Below are positions 46,214-61,282 of a stretch of 64,000 nucleotides of DNA, piece by piece (the first letter of the stretch is position 1; every line of letters starts with the position of its first letter). The position numbers and the translations under genes are program-made. The DNA comes from Eledone cirrhosa (taxonomy: Eukaryota), in the NCBI GenBank assembly GCA_964016885.1, contig OZ024742.1, positions 132,060,001 through 132,124,000 on the forward strand. The letters run 5' to 3'. Below the pieces are notes generated by a model. The model was not told where the DNA came from. It made no database searches and worked only from the letters and a program-made list of their open reading frames with translations.

Positions 46214-46720
46214 TGAGTTGAGATGGAGGGTCTGTGGTTTTTCTCACATCTGGTTGGTCTCTGAATGTTACTTGTTTTATATGGAAAAAGTGGCTCGAAA
46301 TGCCAGGTTTTTCGAGAAGTAATTTGATTGGTTTGTCAATAATTATAATAAATTTCGCGCCAGTTCGCGTTACAATAGTTCTTCAAATAAGAGAGGGGGG
46401 GGTGTCACAGGTTGTTTTTTTCATATATGAGTGTTTGAATTTCTTTTTACTTGAAAAAAGGAGGCTCACGAAGGCTTTTTTTTGGTTGGTTATAAATGAA
46501 ATTTGGCTGTCACGTGAACAAGTTTTCATTACATTTTTGCGCCCTTATTTGGAAAACTATTCTGTAGTCTTTATAGTGAATGTTATGACAATGGAGAGAT
46601 AGTGCTCAAGAGAAAAGGGATTGGGAGAAATGTTCTGGTTCAGTGAATATGGCCAGCTCGCCGGGGTGTCAGAGTTCAGATTTTCTATTGAAGTGAAGAT
46701 ATGTATGTTTATTTGTGTGC

Positions 46721-46787
<67 letters not shown>

Positions 46788-49506
46788 TATTGGAAGACGA
46801 TTCTATTAGTAGAGATGGGGGAGGGAGTTGTGTGTGAGTGTATATGGGTGTATGTGTGTGTGTGCGAGTATGTTAAGATGGAGAGAATATATATTTTGTG
46901 TGTGTGTATATATATATGTGTGTAGGAAAGTGGTTCTATTAGTAGAAATGGGGAGGGAGTTGTAGGTGTGGGGGTTGTTATGTGTGTGTATGGGTGTTGT
47001 GTGTGTGGGAGTATGGTTAGCATGTTAAGATGAAGAGAATATATTTATATATATATATTGTGTGTGTGTGTATGTGTGTGTGTAGGAAAGTGATTCCTTT
47101 AGTAGGAATATTTTTGAATGAACATATTTTCCTTACTTTTTCGTGTTTGCTGTTGTATTGCCAGTGCAAAAGTATGTTAAGGTTTATTTAGTTCGGGTTT
47201 TTATTTTCTAAAGTAGAAGGTGTTATGTTTGTGTGTGTGTGTCATATTGTGGTGTTGACATAATGTATATTAAACCTTATTTAATGTTGGTCTATATTTT
47301 TGAATAAACATATTTTCCTTATTTATTCGCATTTGTTCTGTTGTATTGTTAGCGCAAAGGTAAAATGGGAAGACTTGGAATTTGGGTGTCATATTACTTG
47401 CGCAAATGTCTAGATGTGCACTTAGTGGTATCTGTCTCGTGGTTGGATCTCGTAATTGTTGGCGATGAACTGTCATTCTGTTTCTGAGTGTGAGTTTAGT
47501 TTGTCCTATATAATCTTCATTGCATCCTTTACATTTAATGGCATAAACTAGATTTTTTGATGAGCAAGTGAAGTGATCTTTTACAGTAAAATTTTGTCCT
47601 GATTTAAATGTATACGTGTTGCCTTCAATGAGGTGAGTGCAGGTTCCACAATTAGAGCGACCACATTTTTTGATACTTGGTTGTGGGTTTGTGGTAGGTA
47701 ATTTGGCATTGGTGAGTAATGTTTTCAGTGATTTTGGTTGTCTTTTGCTTTTGATTATTTTGTGTGTTTCAAGGGCTTTTTTCATTCTTGGGTCTTGTTT
47801 CAGTAGTGGGATGTTCTTGTGAATAGTGTTGTAAGCTTCCGCATTTCTTGGGTTGTATGTTGAGATATATGATAGAATATTGGACGTAACTTGATTTTGT
47901 TTCTGTTTTCGTAATTCATCAATGCCTATTGCTTTAGGTTTTTCTATTCCATTATTTATTAGTAATAGTGGGTACTCTCTCTCGAGTAGAATTTCCTTTA
48001 ATGCTTGAAGTCTTTTATTTCGCGTTTCATAATTGGAGACAATTGTGCAAATTCTTCTTGCTAGGTTAAAAGGAATGTTCGTCTTCGTGTGCTTTGGATG
48101 GTTGGAGGTGAATAGCAGATATTGTTTGGAATCTGTTGGTTTGTAGTGTATGTCAGTTTCGATATTTGTGTCTTTTTTTGTGATTAAGATGTCCAGAAAT
48201 GGGAGTTGATCTTGGCTGTATTCCATTGTGAATTGGATGTGGTTATTGATGCCGTTTATTAAGTTTTTGAAATCCTTCAGTTGGTCGAGTGTGTGGGACC
48301 AAAGAATGAGGCAATCATCCAAGTAGCGTTTCCAATTCTCTGATAAATATTTGTGGATGTTCAATCCGTATTTTGATTTGGACTGTTCATATATCTGGAC
48401 TTCTAAGTATGCCATGATTAAGTTGGCATTAGTTGGAGCGGCTTTTGTACCCATCGCAGTCCCCGATATTTGCTTGTAAGTATTGCCATCGAAATCAAAA
48501 AAGTTGTTCTGTAGGATGAATTTTAATCCCTCGGTGATGAAGCTTTTTTCTATTCTGTCAGGTATCTCATTGGGATATTTCTCTAGCCAGAATCCTATTG
48601 CTTCTAGTCCGTATTGGTGTGGGATCGTTGTGTAGAGATTCACTACATCGAAAGACACAATAATAGTGTCGTTGTTGACATGTTTGGGGAGGTGGTTTAA
48701 GAGGTCCAGATCGTCTCTTACAAGGCTTGGTATGTGTTTCAGTATTGGTTTCAGTAGTATGTCTATAAAGTTGCTCAATCTGTGTGTTTCACATTGTGGG
48801 CCCGCTACAATTGGTCTTAATTTAAGGTCTGTGGGGTATTGTGTGTTCACGCAGGCTGAGGTGGATTGTTTACAGGCATCGTTGATTATTTTACATTTGT
48901 TGATCTTCGGAAATCCGTAAAGGTTGCTGGTTTTGTATTCAAAATTTGTTAAATAATCGCGTTCCTTTTTAGTTAGGTCTTCCTGGTATCGATAAATCAG
49001 TGTGTTTAATTTGGTCATTATTTTTGATTGCTGGTAGTTTTTTACTCTTTCATAGTAATTAGTATTTTGTAAGAGAGAGAACATAGAATTTTTATATTTT
49101 TCAGCCTCCATAATGACAACAGTACTTCCCTTGTCCGCTTCCTTAATTACAATGTCCGTATTGTTTTTTAGTTCATGGATAATCTCCTATTCCCTTCGAC
49201 TTGTGTTGGGTTTGAGTTTTGGTTGCGGCAGTTCATGGTATGGGAAGGTAGCTATGTGGTCACAACATTTTTCCAGAACTCTGTTTCTACCTTTTGTTGG
49301 GTTGTAGCTGCTTTTATTCCGTACAATTGATTCGTCGTTATTCTCCCTGTCAAAGAATTCCTCTGTGAGACGTAATTTTCTACAGAAGTGTGAGATATCG
49401 TCATTTATCTCGTTGGGGTTAGGGTATTGTGGTGTTGGTGTGAATTTCAGACCTTTGGAGAGAATTTTTACTTGTTGGGCTGAGAGGTTTGTATTTGAAA
49501 TGTTAA

Positions 49507-50771
<1,265 letters not shown>

Positions 50772-51405
50772 TCTGCCTGAGTGTGCGCGCTCCTGTGTGT
50801 GTGATGGCGTTTATGTGTGTATGTTTATATCCTAAATTGAAAGTAAATGCACCCAGATCAAAGCACGGCCATCCACAAACTGAAAGAAACGGATTTACAC
50901 ATCTTCATTAGTCGGCATTCACCAGAAACAAACTGTTCAGGAAGATTTAAGCACCTAATTTATTCTAAACCATATCCCCAAATCCCACGTAAATCTATTA
51001 CTGACATGCACTAATTATGGCATAGGCATTGATTGCGGATGTCATCATGTTGCGGATGTCAACATGTTGCAAATGTCGTTTCAATATAATTTTCGGCAGT
51101 GTATATGCCCCCGTTGTATAATTGACATAGAACCCCCACATAATCAGTAAAATTATTAGGCCCTACAACCAACCCAAATGTTGACAAACCTGACCCTATG
51201 TTTAAACACACAGCAACGCCAATCACACGCTAACCGACTCGATATATATATTTCGCTCTGTCCCAATAACTTATTTTAGTTATTGCTCGCACTGACTTCG
51301 AGGTATCTGGTCTTTAATGCGAAGAAATATCGATGATAGTCAGAAGATCACTGATGATGGACAGTCCCGTTTCTCGCTCTATTTTTCATTTATGTATATA
51401 TATAT

Positions 51406-51467
<62 letters not shown>

Positions 51468-51494
51468 ATATAATTGAAACGAAAGGAAAACCAA

Positions 51495-51975
51495 GGTGAT
51501 TTCAGAATCCATGAGTGCGGTATGCTGTAGAAAGCGTTTTTCTAATCGATCCGTGCGGAACTGAAATTTCTGCGCTTATTATGACAGTCCTCAAGGATCA
51601 TAAGATTAATTAATAGTTGATCTTTACAAGAATATCAACCTCATCGGCATTCTTTGTTCAATGGGAAAAATATTGTTCTCCTCCATAAATACAGGTACTT
51701 TCTCCATGAGAATCGATGTTAAGATACTATAAGTGGTGGACAAGCAGATTATGGGCCCATATATTTTTTATCTTTACTCTCATTGTTTGGGGGGGAAAGT
51801 AAGTAAGGCCACTTGCTATCCAGTCAGTTGATTTTTTGCAGGGATCTTCCGTAATTTTATTGAGCAGTTTGACTAATATTTCGCGTGTGCACGGGAGTAA
51901 AACCAGAAATGTGCACCCTGTCTTCACCAGGAGATTTCCAATTATGAGCTTTATGTAGTGTTATCCTTAAGTCTG
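51495..51975 (-). mobile_element. R4/Dong-like RT fragment
   Basis: DWIASGLTYF, YGPIICLSTTY, CKDQLLIN, AF.SIPHSWI. Confidence 0.75.
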
Positions 51976-51989
51976 CTATTATTATTGAA

Positions 51990-52895
51990 TGTCTCGAAGC
52001 TCTCACAGCCCTCAATCAATCGGGCAATACGGTCAGTGTAAATTCTACTTTAGCGTTCTATAGAGCGTTAGTGGCGGGTAAGAGCGACGACGTCCTCGAG
52101 GGGACTCTGGCCGTTGACAAAAATAAACTAGCCACTCTTTTCCAGTGGAATGTCAGTCCAGGACCCATGAACAACTTCCAGAAATCCCTGGTCTGGCAGT
52201 GCAACCAAGGAGCTTTGTCAATCTGAGATAAACTCTACAGGTATGGAAGTGCCGTCAGCCCGGCTTGTCCAGGGTGCTTGCATGACGACGAAACCATCCT
52301 GCATGCAGTCATCGAGTACATGAGGGTTTATGTCGAACACCTGCTGTCACGTTTAGGAAGGATTCGACCATCAACTGAGTTCATTGTGAAGATCATCACA
52401 CCATCTTAATTTGGAGGAGAAGGACAGGCAGTTTTTATCTGTCTGGTGGCAATGGTGAAAGAAGATGGTGGAGGGCCCGTTTGAGAGGTTTGAAGTCCTG
52501 ATTAATTTTTTCATGTTTCACTTGCATAGGAAAATCAGGATGCAAAGGTAAGTGCTACCTTCCAGCCAGTTTGTTGAAAGGTGAATGAGAGTGGCGTGCA
52601 TGGTCCGTATGAATGAGCCTGCCTTGAGCATAGGTCTTTAGATTGGAGGAGAACAACTGGGAGGGAAATTTGCCCGAATGGACAGGGTGACCGTGGCTTT
52701 CTGTAGGAATTCTCCACGAGTGACTCTCGGAGTCTCCTTACCTTTAAGGAATTCATGTTTGTTTTTTAAAATGTTTATTTTCTTGGTCTGTTATGAATTT
52801 TAATTTACACAAACAAACTTCACACTTTATCATCATGTCCTCTATGTAATGTTTCCTTAATGTGAGCCCTGATTGGCTAATAAATAAATTAATAT
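51990..52895 (+). mobile_element. L1/Tx1-like LINE 3' fragment
   Basis: FQKSLVW..DKLYRYGSAVSPACPGCLHDDETILHAVIE knuckle remnant; ends near aataaa. Confidence 0.7.
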
Positions 52896-53005
52896 TATTA
52901 TTATATCCTTTATTATTTTTATTGCGCATTATTACAGCTTTACTCAGTGCGCCTTGGGTATGACTATCGTTTTTGTTGATGTTTCTATTGTATTGACAGT
53001 GCATG

Positions 53006-53053
<48 letters not shown>

Positions 53054-53829
53054 AAGTCCTGGGGCTTTCCTTATGTATTTGCTATGTGCATTTTAATCAT
53101 TCCCAGAGTCCCTATTATTATACGTATTGTTCTGTTTTCATTTATTCCTTCTATATTAGAATTGTAGATCCATGTTAATTTATCGTCGCATCCATCTATG
53201 CATTTCCTTTATATAATTATCACTTACACCCAGTAAGTACGTATTCGACTTTTAAAAAATAGTTAAATTTATTCACGTATGTTATTTAATATATTTAAAA
53301 TAGAATAATTGTCTTATAGCCATAACTTTCTTTGATTCTATTACATTTTCCACCCCTCCTCCTATAAAAAATGAACGCACAATTTTCGGTTAACTTCAAA
53401 TGTTGATTATATTTTAACTTTAAAGAAAAAGATGTTGTTTTTGTTTCTCTACAAATCATTGTAGCTTAAGTTAAAGTATCGCAATAATTAATATATTACT
53501 GACTGTTGATAAATGTAATTGTATAAACATTTACATTGGAGCGTATTATAAGTACATTTTCTTTTACAATAGCTTCTAGTTTACGTCTTTAAACGCCATA
53601 AGAAATAATGACAAAAAGACAGGGTAATTTGAAAATTAGTAAGATATATTGCCAATCTATATTTCACTTTGTTTTCTCCAAAAAGCGATATCAATTATAT
53701 TACCTAAATTTATCTTGCGTTAAATTTTCTTGAGGCTGACTGCCAGTTGAATTAGTAGGCCAAATAGAGAAAAACAATCATTCTTTATCCTCATTACTAA
53801 CTAAGCATTGTTCATTTCTTCTCTGACAG

Positions 53830-53864
53830 CACGCACATACGCCGAAAACGATGACTCCAAGTGA
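53830..53864 (+). CDS. Candidate host terminal coding exon
   Basis: TACTAAC branch point at 53795, pyrimidine tract and CAG. All three frames close quickly. Followed by about 1.5 kb of repeat-free sequence. Confidence 0.25.
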
Positions 53865-55434
53865 AAATAGGTCAGCATAAATCTTTCCAGATATTTGTGA
53901 AATGACCATTAATTGTAAATGATAAACAAGAGTATTTGATAAAATAGACAATTGAAAAACGGAGTGTAAATAATAGGAATTGGAGACAAACCAAAGGGAC
54001 AGTATTTCGGAGAGGCCGATCAAACAAGAAGCTGGGGAACTCGATGGTGTTAATTATAACTCATTTACTCACAGAACATTCAGGCAGTTTCATTCCTACG
54101 GGCCATACTTCCACGACAGTACAGTGGTAAACTTAGTGAATAGCACTGAGAAAACCCGATATCGAATAAGGCAGTCTCCTAGTCACTAAACACCGCAGCA
54201 TAATGTTGTTAACTGCATTCAATGTATTTATTGAATTACAAGTTTCACAACTGTCACCGTATTCAAATAGCTAATAAATGAAATAGAGATTTGTTCAGTG
54301 CTTTCACTTTGCCTACAGTTACTCCATCAACGTTGTTAATGAGCAGTAGGTCTTGTCAAGAATGGACAAGTTTTTGCAGCTTTTAACAAACTTAAACTCA
54401 ATATAAATACAAAAACACATGACTACAAAAAATCACGCGATCTTTGAAACAGGTATCAGGAAATCTAAATCATTGTTAATGGAGAATAATTCAAATTGTG
54501 AATTTGATATAGCTCCATATGATTGTCATATGGAGCATACACACTCTCCTGCCGAAGGTCTATTGTATAGATATTCACTCCACCCATCTATATATACCTA
54601 CGGATCCAATACGGGAGGCATGTTAGGCAATTCGATCAATTGTTAGGCAATTCGATGGCAGATAAATATCTCTGACATAGAGATGCATCATAATGCTAAA
54701 ATGTTGAACATAATACTCAAGTATAACCAGGTGGACATATTATGCCCGTGTCAGAGTACATCTTCCTATTGCAGCTTATGTAGTGTGAACACAGTTTACG
54801 AAAGCTCGATGTTGTGGGGCAAAAATAATGCCATCAAAACTGTTGAAATGGGAAAAGAAAAAGAAAATTGTCGTTGCTTAGAATAAAACATGACTGGTTC
54901 TGATTAATTACATGTTGCACTAACATAGCGTAGTTCATAGTAGAGCTATGTTTGAAGGCATATACGACATGTTTATATACATCTCCAGTCGGTGGTTTCT
55001 TTTGCACAAAATGCAAATGATTATATCCAGTCTATACTACGCTAAATCATGTAAGCTGTAAGCGTGTCTTGTCTTGGTAATGAATGAGTAAACATCACTC
55101 ATGGACATAAATTCAAGAAACAGGTGACTTTCTTTCTTACCGGTTACTGAGATAACAGTGATAAAATCACAGATTAAAATATTCATAGCGAAACTTTTCT
55201 ATATTTACTGCATATAAACATTGTAAATACCTTCATATAAAATCCGATCACCTCTCACACTCTCCGATTTTACATCATATTCATAAAATATATTGAGAAC
55301 TGGCGGATACCTTCCTAGGAACAAGGAGTTTCCTGAAGCAAGTTGATCCTACTTCGAGAAGTTCTGAGGACATAGGAACCTATACGCCAGTTTGGTATGT
55401 ATTTTATATAATATAGTATATTTACCTCTATGTT

Positions 55435-55475
<41 letters not shown>

Positions 55476-55664
55476 TGAGAATATTATGTTTATTTTGTGA
55501 GGTCTACAGCAATGGAAAATGTGACATGAGATTTTAAAAATCACTATAAAATTGGCGTAGTTCATTAATTAGCTTACAGCATTTCGGGATTTAATTTTTT
55601 CTACAAAAGAATCGCTGTGGAAGTGTCTTGCTCCGCAATTCTTCCTTCTATCTATCTATCTAAG

Positions 55665-56071
55665 TACAATTTCAGAAGGAAGGTGAGAGTGCAGAGAGAG
55701 AGGTGCTACACCCCAGTAAATTCGCTGAAAGGTGGGTGAATGAGGCGAAGATGACCGGAGTGAATGGGCCTTCTCTGTATATAAACCGGAAGGTTGAGGA
55801 AGACAAACAAAGGGAAGACGGGAACATCTACAAAACGTGCTCCTGGTGTTGAGGGTTGTTCTATCCTTAGGGTGTAAAACAGCCCCGCAGCTACGTTCCC
55901 CCTATTGGGGATTTCTATTGTTTTATTTTGTATATATTTTATTGTTATCCATTATTATTGTTAAAGATTTTGTGTAAAACCCCCGCCGTCACGTCTTGTA
56001 ATGTCTCATTTTTGTACGCCCCTGTGTCAAATAAAGAAATCTATATATCTATCTATGTATCTATCTATCTA

Positions 56072-56162
<91 letters not shown>

Positions 56163-56395
56163 ATATCTATCTATCTATCTATCCACAGCCCACTACCAAG
56201 CCGAATCGGCGATACGCGGAAACTCCACGTCAACATGCTATAGGGGATTAGTGGAGGATAAGTGCGACGACGTATTCGGGGCGACTCTGAGCATCGAAGA
56301 GTAAGAACTGACCAGACTGTTCAGTAGGACTTTCCGTGCAGGGCCTATTGATAATTTCCAGAGGTCTCTGGTCTGGCAGTGCTGCTGAGTACCTC
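55665..56395 (+). mobile_element. Two L1/Tx1-like fragments separated by (CTAT)n
   Basis: 55680-55770 resembles 52525-52620, ending aataaagaa-(ctat)n; 56190-56390 resembles 52010-52205. Confidence 0.65.
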
Positions 56396-56531
56396 TACGA
56401 GTTCAAGTCAAAATCCACAGGCAAGAACGAACTCTCTTTTGCCAATCTTTCTGTGGTTAATAAAATCGCATTCGAGGTTTCAATAGCTGTCTATCTTATA
56501 CAGTTGCATTATCAAAACATCTGATCTACCT

Positions 56532-56564
<33 letters not shown>

Positions 56565-56654
56565 GTATATCTATCTTTCTATATTTGTATCTACATATCC
56601 CTCTCTCCCCCTCTCCCCCTCTCTCTCTCTGTATATATATATATATATATATAT

Positions 56655-56839
56655 AGGAAAATGTTCAAGATCACGACGGCAGAGCTGAAGTCGTTTCGAC
56701 GGCTATTTCTCGTCCAAACGGCTTGAGCTCTGCCGTCGGGTTCTTGATAATTTTTCTATTACCCACTCTACTACCCAAAGTATTGAGTACTCTGGTGCAT
56801 TACGGTCCACCTGGTTCCTTACCGCACATCCTTCGTTAC
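56655..56839 (+). mobile_element. Fold-back element family A, older copy
   Basis: Imperfect palindrome plus the shared tail. Confidence 0.7.
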
Positions 56840-57099
56840 ATATATATATATATATATTTACTTGCGCATAAACATTCATATGTACATTATATACGTTATG
56901 TACCTATTTGTTTTGTCTATGATATATATCTCTTCTTCAGCTCCAAAAGTAATCCTTCTTGTCTTCGACAAACTGATAATTGGTATTTTTAAAATCCGCT
57001 GCTTACAATTTCCTCTCTCGGCTATGGAAACGTTAATACATGGCATATCAAGGAATATCATTAACGAAATTTAATAGATATGAAAAACTTCCCCACTCT

Positions 57100-57450
57100 A
57101 TCACTTTATCACTATCTGTCTCTCCAGCGAATGCACACATATACATGCACATTCATTGAGTATCTTACTTTCTCCCCTTCTTCTTTTCCCGGTGTTTAAA
57201 CCATTCAATAAACTACTTACCGAGCTTTTAGGCATGGTTCGTAGAATATTTCTTATAGCGTTTGGTTTCTCGCCAAAATTTTGATGGTTCATTTCGCGTT
57301 TGAGATGCCGTTATTTGTTTTAATAACGATAATATAACTTGTAGAATGTTTCAAAGCCTATATATCTCCTCACCACACAGTCTTCATTTTACTTTCCGCT
57401 CGAAATGATAACGAATTTCTAAGGAAGAGATCTTCTGAGTGATTAAAGGA
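57100..57450 (-). mobile_element. Possible Tc1-like transposase N-terminal relic
   Basis: TGKRRRGESKILNE..LERQIVIK resembles the GRPK.L..RDER motif; heavily decayed. Confidence 0.3.
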
Positions 57451-57944
57451 CATGATAGTCAACGATATTTTCCACATGACACCTACCAATGTTGTTCATT
57501 CATATACGTGCAAAACGTCTGTTGTGTTTAAATTTATCGCTATAATAGTACATAATAGTACATAAATGGGAATACTCCGTTATCCAAAACCTACGCCGCG
57601 TTAATTTTTCTGGATGACGCTTTCTTCGAAAATAAATGGAACAACACATTTAATTAAATCTTCCTTAGGAATGCAGAGACAAACTTATGCTTTTTTTTAT
57701 GTAACTGTCTATCTACATGTATGTATGTATGTATGTATGTATGTATGTATGTATGTATGTATGTATGTATGTATGTATGTATGTATGCATGTATGTATGC
57801 ATGTATGTATGTATGTATGTACATATGTAGGCATCTTTATGCACACAGACACGTTCACACACAGAGACGCACAGGCACAAACAGGCACCCACACATATAT
57901 ATATATATATATATATTTCTGTTTACCCTTTACATACATATATT

Positions 57945-58001
<57 letters not shown>

Positions 58002-58458
58002 TGTTATCTATTTATCTGTGATTCAATCAACCTATCTATTGATTTATCATTATCACAATCATTATTTTCTTTTGAATCCTCATTACGCTATGTGTGGGTA
58101 CACTTTCTGTACCTCTGTGTTTGTCTTTGTTAACACACAGACGCAATGACATGTCACACGCACACCCAAACACACACACACATATATATATATATATACA
58201 CACAAATACATACGACTATAGACATACCTTCTTGAATTGGTGAATATTTATGTGCCCTTTTAAATTAGTGAACATCTACGTAACGCTCTTTATACATATT
58301 CTATGTATGTATGTATGTATATATGTATGTATGTATAAATGCATGCATGCATATATGTATGTATGTATGAATGTGTGTGAAAGAACGTATGTATCTTACT
58401 ATGTAACCATCCCTCGGTATGCCCGTCTGTTTCTCTTGTATATATAAATATATATATT

Positions 58459-58510
<52 letters not shown>

Positions 58511-59295
58511 CTATTTAGATATGTCCAATATATATGTCCATTTAGAGATGTCTAATAGATATCCTATTTAGCCGAGCGTTAAGGACATAGGTAGCGAAGG
58601 ATAATATGCCCCGTCAGATGCAGGTGATAACCATCAACTTTCTTCATTCTACCTAACAGTATAAACTAAATGACTAATAACCGTCTCCTTACATAGTTTG
58701 TCATGTAAATATCTACGTCATGTTTTTCTGGTATTTCACATATCCAGACCTATGTGCAATGGTTATGCTGATATATTTTTGAGTTCAACGATGCCCGCGG
58801 TGTACGTGTAAATTGCATGCATTTTCTCTTCCTTTTCTATACTTTTCCAGATGTTAGTCATTTGCATACTGTGTTTTATTTATTACGTTTCGAATTTACA
58901 TTTATATTATTAGAATGTATTTGTGCATGCAACATGTTTATTTCAATAAGGCTTTGCATTTCCTCAGTCATTATAGAATATAAAATGTGCGACGTCTGAT
59001 GCATTCGTTGGCATATGACAATTAAAGAAAAAAATATATAAAAGAAAGTCAATATGTCAATGGTGTTTCGACAGCACCCAATCAGACTCTACTGATTCAT
59101 ATTCGAGAAAATGGGCTTGTGGTTCTCTATAAGCATGGCTGCAGACATCAATAAATCATCTAATCACAATTTTCCTATGAGAAAATGACAGATTTCGAAG
59201 TGAAAGAAACAGAATGAAAAAGGAGGGAGAGAGAAAGTGTGAGAGAAAAAGAAAGAACGAGAGAGAATGAGTGAGAGAGGGGTGAAAATGTGGGC

Positions 59296-59333
<38 letters not shown>

Positions 59334-59544
59334 AAAAATGCAGAGAAAAAGACAACAAGCGAGTTATGGCATTGACAGTTATTTGTTAGAGATTATCAAG
59401 GTAGTAGGTAAAAACTAGGCATACATATATTCTTGAACAAGTTATTACCAATATATATTTATCGCCACTTCTCTACTCTTCTCTCACGTGAGTATTGCCA
59501 CGTGTTTCCGTCTCGGTAGTGCCATACCGTTCAAACGTGACTAA

Positions 59545-59702
59545 TAACTGTTTCTACTTTTAGCACAAGGCCAGAAATTATATCACTGTATTACTGGTAC
59601 TTTATTTTATCGAACCCGTAAGGATGAAAGGCAAAGTTAACCTCGGCGTGATTTGACAATAAAAGGCCGTAACCCTTTGTTGCAAAGCATGGCCTCCGAC
59701 CC
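59545..59702 (-). mobile_element. SINE family 1
   Basis: Same core sequence. Confidence 0.8.
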
Positions 59703-60254
59703 TCACAGTTTTTCTCTCTGAGTTTAGTTTGTCTCTGGGTGTCTAAATGACCAACTTCGTTGACATTGTTCGACTTAAATGTCGGATATTTCATAATTTA
59801 CCTATTTTGTCCTCGCTACATACTTTCAAGTTTTCATCTTGTGAAAAATTCCAGTTATATCTTTATATATACAAGTTGGGTTAAGCATAAATTTGTGAAT
59901 AGATTTGCACATATTTAGTATTTAGATATGTAAACATGCTAAATACATATATTAACTACGCATAAAATAGTGATAACTTGAATACATTTTTCAACCCAGT
60001 TCCACATCAAAAGATATATATATAATCTTAACAAATAACATCGAAATACGTAAGTGAGGATTTTATATAATATATCACTTATAGTATCATATTAAAATAG
60101 ACGTATAATTAGCATGCTATTAGCGATCATGTTGATAATTAATTAAGATATATATATATTAATTTGTGCACAAAGCTGCACGTATATGATAAGGTTATAT
60201 CGGTATATATACCGAATACAGGTAATCAAGACTATATATATATATATATATATC

Positions 60255-60332
<78 letters not shown>

Positions 60333-60500
60333 CAACTAAAACGCTGCGGTTGCTTGCTTGCTTCCTTGTGTGTCTGTATTGTAATACAGCCAAGAGGCTG
60401 CATAATGGGAAAATACTTTTGAAAGGAAGTTGACCCTGAAATGGGGATACAAATGCAATAAACACATTTCGAGATATGGGGTTTTTCTGTGTACCTTCAT

Positions 60501-60545
<45 letters not shown>

Positions 60546-60576
60546 AGTCAGAGAGAGAGAGAAATCTGGTGTTGTT

Positions 60577-60633
<57 letters not shown>

Positions 60634-60787
60634 GAACATAGTTTTGATTATTCTTTAATTTATATTCTTGCTCTGTAAAACATCTGATGTATTTACATTG
60701 AGCTATTTTTCTTACTGGTAATAGGGTAGTAATGAATTACTGACCTTTCCTGTTTATAATTATATATAGCGTATATATAAGTATAAT

Positions 60788-60897
60788 CTGAGTTCAATTC
60801 CAGCCGAGGTTTACTTTGCCTTTCATCCTTACGGGGGCGATAAAATAAAGTACCAGTTATGTAATTGCTGGCCTTGTGCCAAAAAGTAGAAACAATT
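60788..60897 (+). mobile_element. SINE family 1, 5'-truncated
   Basis: gagttcaattccagccgagg..gcctttcatccttacgggg. Confidence 0.8.
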
Positions 60898-61114
60898 ATT
60901 ATATATATATACATATATATGTGAGTGTGTGTGTGTATATATGTGTGTGTATAAGTGTGTCTATGACCAGTGTATATAGCTCACAGACACCTCCCCACCA
61001 TACACACATGTGTATACACACAAATTTATATATATATTCATATACACACGTATATAGATATGGGCCTTCCAGCTTCATTCCACATTATATACATGTTTGT
61101 GTATATTCTAATTA

Positions 61115-61196
61115 TTGAAAGATTATTTTTAAGTGAAATTGATATTTTTTAAATATTTTGAAGCGAACGTGACCCGACAGGTCACGGGTCATCTAG
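61115..61196 (+). mobile_element. Helitron-type 3' terminus
   Basis: Hairpin cgtgacc-cgaca-ggtcacg, 6 nt, then CTAG followed by T. Confidence 0.65.
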
Positions 61197-61202
61197 TATA
61201 TA

Positions 61203-61282
<80 letters not shown>

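Noticed and set aside
46790-47110. CRISPR-like spaced repeats
   Set aside because: Degenerate tandem units of about 120 bp in the PLE 3' region; no unique spacers or cas genes, and the context is eukaryotic.
58747-58805. NGYA..EFNDAR resemblance to an SR-protein RRM
   Set aside because: Needs a frameshift and is too short to distinguish from chance.
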